Notes: generated by a model from the sequence alone, not told the origin. A stretch of DNA of 63,833 nt, filler included, from Octopus bimaculoides (GCF_001194135.2; 8 parts of 8 records of this genome joined end to end with filler, not necessarily neighbours in it); one strand, 5' to 3'; numbered from the whole stretch's first letter, positions 26,590-40,615 are shown. Program-made: numbers and translations.

Positions 26590-27311
26590 GTTCAGTAGTT
26601 TTATTTTTATAACGTGCTTTCACTTCACTACCGAGCGCAGCTCTGTGTGCCTTGGGTATGTGCTGTGGTTTGCTGTCATGCTCTTATGGTTACTATATTG
26701 AAAGTGTTTTGCGTAGGATGTGTGCAGTTCCCAGTAGTGCAGTTTTCTGTATGTTATATATATTTGTAAGTCCTGGTGTTTTTGTTATGATTTGTCTGAA
26801 TATTTTTTTAATTATACCTAAGGCGCCTACTATGATAGGAATTGTTTCTGTTTTTAGATTCCACATTCGAGTTACCTCTATTTCCAGGTCTTTNNNNNNN
26901 NNNNNNNNNNNNNNNNNNNNNNNNNNNNNNNNNNNNNNNNNNNNNNNNNNNNNNNNNNNNNNNNNNNNNNNNNNNNNNNNNNNNNNNNNNNNNNNNNNNN
27001 NNNNNNNNNNNNNNNNNNNNNNNNNNNNNNNNNNNNNNNNNNNNNNNNNNNNNNNNNNNNNNNNNNNNNNNNNNNNNNNNNNNNNNNNNNNNNNNNNNNN
27101 NNNNNNNNNNNNNNNNNNNNNNNNNNNNNNNNNNNNNNNNNNNNNNNNNNNNNNNNNNNNNNNNNNNNNNNNNNNNNNNNNNNNNNNNNNNNNNNNNNNN
27201 NNNNNNNNNNNNNNNNNNNNNNNNNNNNNNNNNNNNNNNNNNNNNNNNNNGTGTTGTGTAGCAATTAAAAATCCTTCAGTCATTGCTTTGAATCCTGAGC
27301 TTCTCAACTAT
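26590..27311 (-). mobile_element. R4/Dong-like LINE copy 2 (internal N gap)
   Basis: LRSSGFKAMTEGFLIATQH...KDLEIEVTRMWNLKTETIPIIVGALGIIKK...QKTALLGTAHILRKTLSI*; 3' UTR nearly identical to copy 1; 3' end joined to (ATT)n. Confidence 0.85.
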
Positions 27312-27322
27312 TGCTGGGATTT

Positions 27323-27361
<39 letters not shown>

Positions 27362-27431
27362 GCAGGCAGGCTGGCAGGCAGGCAGACAGACAGACAGACA
27401 GGCAGGCAGGTAGGCAGGCAGGCAGGCAGTC

Positions 27432-27470
<39 letters not shown>

Positions 27471-30400
27471 TAGATACGTACACCTGGAAATGTTTATGTA
27501 TGTAGCGGAAATACCTCAAATAAGTTTAAACGCAGATATTATAATCACACTTGTAGCTTTACGGCTAGAAGTAAAGCTAATTTTACATGTTCCATTAGTT
27601 TGTGTAGATGATTGGTATTAAAGCGGTTGACTATGAAATTGCTTAATCTATTATATGCAAAAGCAAACTCATAAAGTTAGTAATGACATCTGTAATTTGT
27701 GTATGTCTAAACTTATATTAAATAATTAAGTGTAAATAAAATGAATTAATCAAAGAAGTACTGTAATAAAACGATGTCCACAAATGTACTGCACAACCTT
27801 CTTACACAATACTAAAAATTAACGTGTTAGCTTTAACCTAAATGCATTAATAATATTATTATTACTAGTCAACCTCTCAAATTGGTATAGCTTGTATTGT
27901 TCAGTGTTTCTGTATTTCTACCTTGCTTAGTCCACACTGAGATAGTAATGATAAATGTGATTAGTGCATATCTTTAATCTGTGAAGTAATTAGCTATAAA
28001 TCTCTTCTCATAAATTATTCATACAATATTCACAAACGTACCGCTGGTCCTCCCTATATCATACTAATGCTTAAACTATTTGAGATAATTCTAGCGCGCT
28101 AATATTACTACCTGTTAACTGTAAAATATTGTCCGCTTAATTTATCCCTAGATTTATGTTTCCCATACTTTATTCTATTTGGTTGTATCTGTAATATGCA
28201 GCCTTAATTATAGATTAGTGTATAGGATTGATAATGGAATAGCTTAGGGTATAAATCGTTGTATATTTGCTTGCGAATATCATCTGTCTGTGCATGCGTA
28301 TGGATATGTATGATTGTATATATACACAAATTATGGTATCGGTTGATTTAATCACATAACAAAATGATGAAATTCTATTATTTATGAAATTACTATTTTG
28401 ATATAAATATTTTGCATGAGAACTGCAGTGTGTGTGAGTACATGTATGTGAAGGTATGAGTAAACAGGGCCTGAGAATATTCGTATGAGGTATATGTATA
28501 TGTTGATACCGTTACCTTGGTGCGACGTTTCTGTATTTCTTAATCAGACATGCATGAAATTCCAACATTTTATGCCACTTTGCTAGGCACTCAGTGCATC
28601 TACTAAAACATGTCCTTAACAAATTTGACTTCGTATCTTGATATAGGAACACTATTTGTCTTTTTTCATTTATTAAGTTTACTCTCTTTGTTTTTGTCAT
28701 AATATTTATTGATTTAAATACAACGGAACAGTTACCCAAATCTTCGGAAAGATAATGTTATGATAAGTTTATTTATATATTTTAAAATTTTATTGCACTT
28801 AATGTTGCTGTGTTTTTCCCCTAAATTCGCATTTATCTGCTGCTATCGCTTCATTTATGCTCTCCTTATATAGTATTTTTAGAATTTCTGAACAGTGAAC
28901 TCTCCATATTTTGTGACTATATAATGAAACTATTTGCCATTTATAGTAGAGTCTGACGATTATGTGTGACGGATGATGTAAATAACACAGATTACGAATG
29001 ACCTGTCAATTAATTGAATAAACATCTGTTCCCTCTCTTCAATTCTTTTACCCAATTACCTGTCCGACACACATACACCAATATATGCACAATGGAATAT
29101 GTATGCATGCTCTCAAACTTGTCATTGTAAAACTTAGTAAATATGCACACTTCTAAAAACAATAGTGGTTTTTTTTTTACAGTTTAATATTAAACAGTTT
29201 TTAAATTAAACTTCACTTAAAACAAGTATTAATCATACCACCGTTTTGATGTGAGTACTTTCCTAACATTAACTGGAAACAAGGTAAATACAACAGCACA
29301 CAATGCACATTTCCATGGATACTATGTGTCCCCTTTGAATAAATATTACTTGATTCATTCACATTACTCCACCTACCAACATAATTCCCTGCCAAAATCT
29401 ACAAACCACTAAGTAAATCATAGTCTTATCACGGATCAGAAACCGAAACTTCGATATCACTTAAACCTTTTGTTTTCAGAAATTAATATGTACACTGCTA
29501 AAAAGTATTGAGTGATTCTTTAGCCTAATATGATTGTCTTTTCAAATATAGCTTCAAATAAAAATAAACATAAATGTATACATACGTATAAATGAGTGTC
29601 TGTGTATATGAATGTCTGGATATGTATATATATATGTGTGTACATGAGCCTGTATGTATGATTATATATACATATATGTATATATGTACTATGTGGATCA
29701 ATTGGATTGTCCGGAAGGTTCTGAGCTACCATTTGTTTTTCTCTCTACTAAACGCATTTCAAGGAAAAGATATTTTAACGATTTCGATGGAGTCAAAATC
29801 CATCTAGATAACATTTTTTTCCTCAAAAAATGTCAAATTCTATGCTGATAGAATATTTAGATTGTCTGATAGATGGGCAAATGTCATTATTAATAATGGA
29901 AATTATTTCATTCAATAAAATTTACTGAAATATGAATTGTTTATATCCATTTTTGCATATTAAAAACGCAACTCACAACCCAATATATAAATATTCATAC
30001 AGTTAATGTTATTTTACTTACAGCTTATATGACTGAATATTCAATTCATCAGCTATTGATTGGAGAATACAATGACAGTTACAAGTGAGACCCGTGAATA
30101 TTTCACGGAATTAATGGTAAACCTCCTGGATTGTTTCTGAAATCTTTATCAAATAAAACTGAAAATGTAGCCTGTTTTTTTGTCTGTATGGAAAGATAGT
30201 CGTTCATCTGCTATTCATTGAATATGAAAGATATTGGAATATGATGAATACTTAATGCATTTTACATATACACTTCATATACTTTACGCACAATATCATA
30301 GACTCGATACACAGCACTCATAAAATATATATAATCACTCTTATTTTTCCATTTTTCCCTCAAAGAAAAAATATCCCTTACATATGATACAACCTTTGGC

Positions 30401-33400
30401 TAAATTGCATATATTTGCCGCGTAAATAAGCGTGAATATTTCACGGAATTGCACTTACGCGCATGCATTAAGTGATAGGCAATATAAAAAAACTTAGTTC
30501 AATTTTAAAAAATACACTTTTCATTACCCAATCACCAGCACTCCTTCTTTTCTTTCTCCCTCTCTCTGTCTCACTCTTCACCTTATCCTCTTTTTCTTTC
30601 TCATTTTTCTTTCTCCTCTCTTTCACATCAAATAATTACGTGAAAACGTTACAATTACATTGCCTCTACCTCACGCCTTTTCCCGTCCCTCGTTTTCTCT
30701 CTTGTATTCTTTTTCCCTCTCTTTCCCTAATCACTTGAAATCGTTACCGACGGGCTAAGTAATGCAACGACAAGCAAAATTATCATAAGATACTTGGTTG
30801 CATTACTGAGTTTATAGCGATGCCGAGATGAATATATTTTTCCACGGAGTGACTGGATTACATTAAACGAGTACGCTAAAAGATTGTACTTTCTCAATAT
30901 CCATACTAGCACTGTGGTTAACTTATTGCAAAGAACTACTTTACTCTTAGTTTTAATCTTCTTTCATATGTCTTTATAATATGCATCATGAATCGGTCAC
31001 TGGTATGTTAACCATTGGAGATCCTATGAAATCAAATGATCTCACGAGTATAGAGGTAATTTTGAATATATCGATAATTGACGATGTGCAACCGCCGTTG
31101 AAATTACGGAATACTGTACGATGTCCGTTGTACTTTTATATTTCTGAGTAAAGGTGTCAACAAACCACGACCCTTTGACGTTAAATGTTCGGCTTGTGTA
31201 AATACGTTCACAGAGATACTTTTTTTCATTAATGGTAATATAAATGTAAATAAGAAAAACCAACAAGCTTTGCAGTTATTTGCAATTATTTGTTGTGTAT
31301 TACAATAGAGCGCCCTAGGTTAAAACGCTCGTTTAGTGTTTTGCAGTTAGTAGCAATAATTACGAATATAATCATGAATGTAATCTGATGTTATATCTGA
31401 ATCAGGATTTGTCTTTCAGTGCTGAGGGGAAGAAATAATAGGAAGCTGGAGTGAGAAACTATTTTCGGACCATTAAGCATCACGCAGGAATATCACAGTA
31501 CGGAGGACATGGACAGTGGTATTTAATAATTGAGATATATAAAAAAATGTGATGGAAATAGCTTAATTACTTGACGCAGGAACTTGCTAACCTCATGTAC
31601 ATGAACAGGGTGTAACTCATAACGGTGGACAGAAAGATGCACTTTAATTCAAAATTTTTGTACTAAATTGTTAGCGGCATTTAAATTGTATTTCAAACTA
31701 AAAATTTTATTTTAATTCTTCTGGTTCAGTTCAACATTTTTAAAGATTTCATTTAATTCAATACGTTTTGTTACAATAAGATTCCTAGAGGTGTTAAATT
31801 TGTAAATTTAATATTTTACATTTATTATTATACACGATTCACTTTGTAACGATTGCCTTTTCTTGAAATCTATTTATTTTTAGAGAGTATCACTTCCGCA
31901 AATCAACCACGTATGAATACAGATTCTATATAACCTATTACCATTTGATCTTTTAGAAATAGCATCCATGTCTCATTCAAATCACACAGTATCTTGACAG
32001 AAGATCTTGAATGGAACATCTGGAATAGAAAATCTTCGTAGAGCATCTTGAATATCGTAGTCTTGGTTTGGTGCACTTACGAAAAATACTGAATGATCAC
32101 GAATGAAAAATCCTTGAAATTGATAGTTCCATATGCTTAAATGAAGAAAACACATCAATATTTTACAAAATAACAGAATCGGTTTATTGAAGTGGAAAAG
32201 AAACTGAGAGACGCCTGTTTTTATTTATACTCCATTATCAGCTGGATGTCAAGTAGCGATGTCTTGAGTAAAGTTAGGTGTCTGCTGGAGCCTTTTGTTT
32301 ATATTTTTTAAAGAAAAGAAACAAAATCCAATCGAGTATTGGAAAATGATGAATGGATGTAAGGTTATATGCTCCTTTCTCTTATAAGGAATCAGATATA
32401 AACTTTCGATTTGGTGCTCCAGGGATAGGATTAGATGGTTTTTGTTCTTACTTTGACAGTTTTCTCTTCTGACAGAGGCATAGTGTCAAGCATGAAAGTA
32501 AATACATTTCTTTATCATGAAATGAAAGACCAACAAAATCGAAGAATACAAAGATAAATCAAAAATTTGTTCAATAAAGTACAAACAACGTATGGGGCCT
32601 TACAGAAGTGGAAGTCATATTTCGCATTTCATATAAATCCTTTCATTGATAATCTGTTCTGCTATAGACACAAGGCCTGAATCCTTTATTTGATAATGCA
32701 GTTAAAGATACCTGTCTAATTGTTGAATCTTTGGTTACAATATGATTTCCTATGGACCTAGAACTAATAGAATTAAATATGGGGGTTGATCTAAACATAA
32801 TCACTCAAATGCAGTCCACAACAGAGCTGTTCAAACAAGTTCAAAGACGTCTTTCTCTATTGTGCCACTCTACTACAGCCCATGACAAAATATTGCTGTG
32901 AAATATTGTACTCTGTAATGAAGTTCGAGTTATGTAATCGTTAGAAATCAATACTAGATGGGCTATGTAAGCTTGTACACATGATGAAGATCCACGAAAC
33001 CAATGGGTAATACATAATATCATCTACAACATCATACGTGGAGCCTAATCTGTTGTAAATGCATTGTGATTACACTGCACTTTTGTAACGTGGCGCTGCT
33101 TAGAATAAAAATATCGTCCGCTTAGGGAAGCAATTATAATTTAAATGAAGTTAGAAGACAAATTAGCTTCTACTACCTCCATCAAAATTATTATATATGT
33201 GTGTGTATAAAGTAAAAAAAGGAATTTCGATTATCTCCACTTGGTGAGTTGTAATATATATAAAGTAAATTACGGAAGGAAAATGCACTCACTTTACATA
33301 GTTTTAATATATATTTCATATTGTGTTTGTCGACCGGTTTCGCTTTCGCTACTCACGACATTAAAATTATTTGAATTGCGTATTTACTTAGAGAAAATAT

Positions 33401-33532
33401 TTTTGTCCATATTGTTTGTGGAGTTTATGAATGAATGATTCAACAAGTAGAAAAATCTAAGGGGAGGTATTTGGTGATCGTTATTATTGTAGACAGGGGA
33501 CATAATTGTGCATATTTCGGTAAGGGGGGATA

Positions 33533-33563
<31 letters not shown>

Positions 33564-33663
33564 NNNNNNNNNNNNNNNNNNNNNNNNNNNNNNNNNNNNN
33601 NNNNNNNTTAATTAATTAANNNNNNNNNNNNNNNNNNNNNNNNNNNNNNNNNNNNNNNNNNNN

Positions 33664-33737
<74 letters not shown>

Positions 33738-34469
33738 TAGGCATGTCCCCCGCGTGTGTGTGCATATATCTATTTATCTATCTATGCAGTATCTCTTTCT
33801 CTCTCATTTTGTTTTCACATTCTAACTCGCGCCTCTCGCCAATTCATTTTGCAAATCACGCCTTTTTTTGCCAAAAGAAAACATAAAGCAAAAATATATC
33901 TTTATCTTCATCATCGTCGTCATCATCGTCTATTTTTCCACCTCCCCTTCCTCAAACTCCTCCTCTTCCTTTATCTCCGGCTTTATCGGCATCACTATAC
34001 AGCACGCAGCCATAGGGTTGGTTCGTCTCCCGGAAGTGTCTATGCTGGACAATCCCCTAGGCAGGCAACTCTCTGAAACAACATAATGATTCAGGGAGAC
34101 ATCGCACAATGTGTCGCAATCGTAATTGAACTTAACCCTATAGGAATTGCCTGCAACTTCCTGGCGCTCATTATAATCCAAATATGGGAGTCCATAATAG
34201 CCGTCAGTGTTTTCTCGACTTCCTAGAGAAGAGATTTATCGTTAGATGAAAGACAATTATATCAGAATAAGTAAATCTATAGAGAGGTTTGTTTTCTCTA
34301 TAGCTGAACCACTTAATGTCGGAACATTGCAGTTCCATCGTTGGGTTTAGTGTTACTTCTAATCCAAAGTTAACTGTGATGAAAATTTGAATTTTGATTA
34401 AATCCAATACATTTCAAGGGGAATTAATTAACATTCACTTTAGGGCGAAAACTAATAAAAAATATTGTC

Positions 34470-34683
34470 AAAACTGTCCCTATTCTTCTCCACAATCCAG
34501 GTCTCTCTCTCTGTGACTTTTAGTTGTTCCCCAAGCAGACAGGGGGGAATGAAAGAGGCTTTAACAAGGGTCCTGGACACCTTCATTTTAGAGGACTTCC
34601 ATGCGGCCTTCATCAAGTGGCTGAAGCGATAGAACAAGTGCATTGAAGGAAATTAGTCTTAAAATTTCTGGAACACACCTCGC
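34470..34683 (+). mobile_element. Mariner transposase C-terminal fragment with probable 3' TIR remnant
   Basis: KTVPILLHNPGLSLCDF*LFPK...MKEALTRVLDTFILEDFHAAFIKWLKR*NKCIEGN matches the mariner PPYSPDLAPCDFWLFPK...EEMKEAVTKVIDT...YNKCI C-terminus; followed by a TIR-like ...tctggaacacacctcg end. Confidence 0.8.
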
Positions 34684-35127
34684 AACCTTGTGTGCACGTG
34701 GCTGTGTGCGAATGTGTATGTATGTATGTCAGTATTCAGTTTCATTTCAAGATTTCTTGCCAATAGAGAAAGAGCTGGTTTCTGACTTGGAGCTAAGGCT
34801 CCTTCGTTGGAATTTCAACAACATCAACAGGGTAGTTTTGCATGTATGTATGTATATGTGCAGTATTTGGAGTCAATGCAGTGAAGATTTGTATGCTTTG
34901 CTTCATGTATGTATTTTCATGCATGTAGTTACATGTCTGAACATGCAACATATATACTTAAATGGTAAGTTTCTGGAAAGTTTTACGATTCTTTTACAGT
35001 TCCAGTGATGGATTGGATCTGTAGTCTCCGAATCAGCTTTCTCCTTTCTGGTTTTGAGAAGCATCGTTTTTCAAAATTGATACTAAAACAGTGTGTTACA
35101 TATGTATGTATGTATCTATGTATCTCC

Positions 35128-35602
35128 TTTACTTGTTTCAGTCATTTGACTGCGGCAATGCTGGAGCACCGCCTTTAGTCGAGCAAATCGACCCCAGGAC
35201 TTAATCTTTGTAAACCTAGTACTTATTCTATCGGTCCCGTTTGCCGAACCGCTAAGTTACAGGGACGTAAACACACCAGCATCGGTTGTCAAGCGAAGTT
35301 GGGGGGACAAACACAGACACACAAACATATACACACACAAACATATGCACACACATACATATATATATATATATATAGATAGATATATAAAATGGGCTTT
35401 TTTCAGTTTCTGTCTACCAAATCCACTCACAAGGCTTTGGCCGGCCCGAGACTAGAGTAGAAGACACTTGCCCAAGGTGCCACGCAGTGGNNNNNNNNNN
35501 AGAGTAGAAGACACTTGCCCAAGGTGCCACGCAGTGGGACTGAACCCAGAACCAAGTGGTTGATAAGCAAGCTACTTACCACACAGCCACTCCTGCGCCT
35601 AT
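35128..35602 (-). mobile_element. Near full-length composite CORE/Nin SINE
   Basis: Minus strand: tRNA-like head gtggctgtgtggtaagtagcttgc...gggttcagtcccactgcgtggcaccttgggcaagtg, internal (TA/TG)n, 3' gatagaataagtactagg...ggggtcgatttgctcgactaaaggcggtgctccagc, tail ...gaaacaagtaaa. A second head fragment lies at about 35660-35785. Confidence 0.9.
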
Positions 35603-36301
35603 GTGTGTATCTATCTATCTATGTATGAATGAGTGAGTGAATAAATGAATGAACACAGCGTTCTTTCAGTTTCTAAATCAACTCACAAACTTTGGACGAT
35701 ACGAGGCTATAGTAGAAGACTCTTGCTCAAGTGATGACTGAATCCAGAACCATGTGATTGGGAAGCTTCTTACCACACAGCCAGGGGGCGGCTGGTTTAT
35801 CTAGGCCACTTATAAGCCAACGTGTTCTTCCTATTTCCCAGATGAGAAGATGCGTGATTTGAAAGAAATGCTAGTTCGCTGTTACTTCTAGCTGGTCGAG
35901 AGTACACGCGGATTCGCCCTACTATTTCGTGTTAATGTATGCGCTCTTGAAATCAAGTGTGTGCTTGTATGAACGGTACGTACGCCTATGTGTCTACGAG
36001 CTTCTGAGAGCGTACGTGTGCATGATGCTGTGACCATGATTTAGAAATGATTTATTATGTTCACTGGCAAAAATTCCAGTTCACATTGGAACACAAAGGC
36101 ACAGTACACATGTATCAGACACATGTATCAGTACACATGTATCAGTTCTTTGTTCATGTTTAGAATATATTTGATAAGTCATCGGCTTAGATAAAAGTTA
36201 ATTTATTATTTAATCTTAATGTATGTATATAAACAGACAAATACACACGTACGTGTATGTGTATATATATATATATATATATATTGTATATTGTATATTA
36301 G

Positions 36302-36343
<42 letters not shown>

Positions 36344-36904
36344 AATACACATATATATATATGTGCATGTCATAGATATATGCATGTATGCAAGCTCACC
36401 TAGCATACACACATATATATAAACGTGTATACAAATGTGTATATAACTCTATATGCATATACATATATGCATACTAATATTTTTACGTGTATATATATGT
36501 ATGTATGTATGTATGTTTGTATGTATGTATGTATGTTTGTATGTATATACGTATGTATGTATGCATGCATGCATGTATGTATGTATGCGTATTGATGGTG
36601 TTCAGAATAAATTTGACGATGATTTGTCTTCTGTTCGGGAACAGTTTCATATATTGGCATCAGCAATCATGAAAGTGTGGCAGTCCCTTTCGGAATTCTA
36701 TTTTGATTTTAAATACTTTTTTTTTTCTTCTAAAATTTTGCCAAGTATGGTCTGTAAAAGAAGGCCTTTACTAGTCCCTTGCATTCCTGGTCAGCTGAGT
36801 AAAAAGATAGTACAATAAAAATAACAACAGTAACTTTCTGGAAGAGAAAAATAAAACAAGTTCAGCAACAGGAAGGAATAATATTAGTCATGATAATTTT
36901 TTCT

Positions 36905-37810
36905 GCTAAGAGCACAAGGCCTGAAATTTTAGGGGATAGGGTTAGTGGATTACATCGACCCCAGTACTCAAAAACTACTTATTTTATCAACCCTAAAAAG
37001 ATAAAAGGCAAAGTCGATCTCAGAACGCAAGGACGGACAAAAAGCTGCTAGGTATTTTACCCGGCGTGGTAACGTTTCTTATTTCTTTATTGCCCAAAAG
37101 GAGCTAAACATAGAGGGGACAAACAAGGAGATTAAGTAGATTAATCAAGGAGATTATGACCCCAGTGCGTAACTGGTACTTGATTTATCGACCCTGAGAG
37201 GATGAAAGGCAAAGTCGACCGCGGCGGAATTTGAACTCAGAACGTAACAGCAATTCGCTAAGCATTTCGCCCGGCGTGCTAACGAGTCTGCTAGTTTGTC
37301 GCTTTCTCAATAATGATAAAAACAACAACAGTAACTAATAACAACAACAACAACAACAATAATAATAATTCATGTTACTTTTGGCGGAAGGCCAACGAAT
37401 TTTGTGAGTAGGGAAGTTCAAGGCTCAACTGAAATTTATTTTCTCGAGCCCAGGGTGTTAAAAACGCAAGAAATTGAAATCAGAATTCGTAGTAGCTAAA
37501 TGTTTCTTCAATCCTGATATGTAACTGGTACTTCTTAACAGCCTGACAAGTGAGAATTCCTTCGCGATTGGAAATCAGAAATGTAAAGAGCAAGTAAAAT
37601 TTGCCAGCCATTTTGTCTGCCTCTCAATACCGATTCGGTCAAACAAAACATTCCTTAAGAATAATAATTGATTCAAATATAGGCATAAGGTCTGAAAAAT
37701 AAGGAAGAAGGGAAATAGTCGATTGCTATTTTGTACTCTATTTTATCGATCTCAAAGGGGATAAAAGGAGAGTTTGACCTCAGCGGGATTTGATCTGAGA
37801 ACATAAAGAA
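36905..37810 (-). mobile_element. Tandem cluster of about five Nin/Deu-core SINEs of different ages
   Basis: Repeated aaaggcaaagtcgac...gaatttgaactcagaacg...; the youngest copy (about 37080-37310) is close to consensus. Confidence 0.75.
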
Positions 37811-37899
37811 TCGGAAATGACAACAGCAGAAACAACAACAAAAATGATTATTAAATAATATCAATTTTATGATTCTTTACCTTTATTGACCTTTGTTTC

Positions 37900-38010
<111 letters not shown>

Positions 38011-38160
38011 TGAGTGAGGTTGAGCTATATTCCTTTGTGTGCTGTTTCATACTCTCTGCTTTGTTTTTTATTCATTTACTTATTGTTATTATTATTATTA
38101 TTATTATTAATATTTATCTATTTATTTATATTATTTTTTTTGTTGTTGTTATCTTTTAAG

Positions 38161-38313
38161 GTTGCACATTTATTCCAATTATTGGTTCTGTCCACTTGGA
38201 AGGACAATGAGACCGAAACTAGTCGAATTATGTCTTATATTCTCGATCGTCTCTTTGCAGTTTTTCTCTTTGTTCTACTTCATGCGCATTTTTTCTTTCC
38301 CGCTTTTTTCTAA
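38161..38313 (+). CDS. Candidate terminal exon with a Cys-loop-receptor M4-like motif
   Basis: Acceptor gttatcttttaAG; VAHLFQLLVLSTWKDNETETSRIMSYILDRLFAVFLFVLLHAHFFFPAFF*; ILDRLF plus a hydrophobic run resembles the nAChR (V/I)LDRLFLWIF motif. T-rich DNA can mimic this. Confidence 0.2.
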   Translation, partial: VAHLFQLLVLSTWKDNETETSRIMSYILDRLFAVFLFVLLHAHFFFPAFF

Positions 38314-38646
38314 ACATATTTGTGTGTGAATACATACATACATACATACATACATACATACATACGTACATATATATGTGCATGCGTGTGTGTATGCGTA
38401 TATATATCTATATAAGTATATATATGAGCATGTGTGTGTGTATATTTATATATATATAGGTATATATATATATATATACATATATGTATGTGTATGTATA
38501 TCTATATAAGTGTATTTATGAGTGTGTCTGTATACATACATACATATATATATATATATACATATATATATATGAATATACATGTTTATATATAAATATA
38601 TATATTTATTTATGCGTGTATGTGTATACATGCATACACACATACT

Positions 38647-38689
<43 letters not shown>

Positions 38690-39239
38690 GAAAGAGATAT
38701 ATAACTGTATATGTACGCACACATTCACATATACACACACTGGCACACAAGCACGCAGACATACGCACACGCCACCATCCATACCTCCTCTTCTTATCTC
38801 ATCCATCCAACCACACATGTACATACACACATACAACGACGCCTTTTGTTATTACTATCTGTTTATATTTGTTTATTTATTTAACTTTTCTTCCCTTTTG
38901 TAGCGGTTATGATGGCCGTAGTGTTTAGGATTCGCTTTGCATTTCGTTAATTTCCTATGTCAGGATCACCTGGGACAGTTAAAAGAACGCGCTCTTTCAA
39001 GCCAAGCCAGCAGCGACGGAAAAAAGGGCATAATGAAACAGACCCTATAGCCAAGTCGCAATTGGTGTATATTATATGGCGTTATATAATAATATAATAT
39101 CTCTTATGTAACATAAAGTTTATTGTTTGGGCAGCAGCTAGGAAATAATGAAGAGTTAATGTCTAAAACGTCCAGCGAGAAAATTACGTCCACTTCAGTT
39201 TAATAACCGACCGCTATACGTGTGGGTGTAGGCGTGTGT

Positions 39240-39790
39240 GGATACATACATACACGCACACACGTACGCACAAATATACATAATATATATATACATGCAT
39301 ACATATATACACACACACATATATATATACATACATATATGTATGTGTATATATATATATACATATATATATGTATGTATGTGTATATATATATATATAT
39401 GTATACATATATATGTATGTATGTGTATATATATATATATGTATACATATATATGTATGTATGTGTATATATATATATGTATACATATATATGTATGTAT
39501 GTATATATATATATATATATACATATATATATGTATGTATGTGTATATATATACATATATATATGTATGTATATGTATATATATACACATATATATATGT
39601 ATGTGTATATATATATATATATGTATGTATATATATATATATATATATGTGTGTGTATATCTATATATACACACACACATATATATATACATATATATAT
39701 GTATGTGTATATATATATATATATACACAAATATATATATATGTATGTGTGTATATATATATATAAGTGTATATATATGTATGATATCCA
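39240..39790. repeat. ~550-bp compound (TA)/(TG)/(CA) tract with ~26-30 bp higher-order units
   Basis: Recurring atatatatgtatgtatgtgtatatatatatatgtatac-like units. Confidence 0.9.
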
Positions 39791-40589
39791 TACTTGTACG
39801 TATTAATATATCTCTACTCATCCGTGTACATTTGTTTGTATATTAGTCTTATAGAAGTGACCGTATATATGTGTGTGTGTGTGTGTGTAGATAGACAAAT
39901 ATATGTATATGTATGTCTATATATTCTCATGTGTGTACAAATACACCAGCGCGTACACACACAAACACACATATAAACACACGCCCGTATGCAGATATAT
40001 ATACACACACACCTATAAACACATTGCGAAATGACGCGGGAGAAGTCAGATCATAAAGGAATTTGATAATCGTGCACAATGATGATGACGACGACGACGA
40101 CGATGATGATGATGATGATGATGATGGTGGTGCTGTTTTGTTGATGTTGTTGAGGTGAAGGAGTATAAATGATAAAGATGATGACGACGACGGCGATGAA
40201 GAATAAGGGAAGAATCGGAGTTAACATATCCGTGGTCAAGGTGAAAAGTGACGTAAGCAGCGGGATTGTTGTTCGGAGTGGTGATGGTGTCGGTGGCGGG
40301 TGGAAGTGGTGGTGGTGGTGGTAAATGTAGGGTGGGAAGGTAGGTGATTCGTGTCCAGTTCATTGTTTTCTTTGATGTTGTCGGCATTTGCGATATTTCC
40401 TGATATTCAGAGGTGGAGATGCGTCGTTGCTGATCGTGGTGGTGGTGGTGGTAGTCCTAGTGGTGACCCTGGCGACGGTGCTGATCGTAGTGGTGTGGAG
40501 GTGGTGACGAGGGTCACGACATGGGTATTGGAATTGGTGTGAAACGTTAATTCTTCCATTAAGTTCGCCTCATCTAAGATTGAACGTTA

Positions 40590-40615
40590 TTTTCAGTTGC
40601 CGCCATTTTTAATAC
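40590..40615 (-). promoter_or_regulatory. YY1-type motif AAAATGGCGGC, possible TSS-proximal element of a minus-strand transcript
   Basis: + strand reads ttgccgccattttt; upstream of a GC-richer trinucleotide-repeat block on the minus strand. Confidence 0.25.

Noticed and set aside
33930-34190. Overlapping 70-106 aa ORFs, including IGIACNFLALIII (GPCR TM1-like)
   Set aside because: Frames are interrupted, no TM2 motif follows, and the poly-Glu end comes from a (CCT)n tract.
35460-35540. 37-bp perfect duplication across a 10-N gap
   Set aside because: Unmerged contig overlap inside a SINE; assembly artefact.
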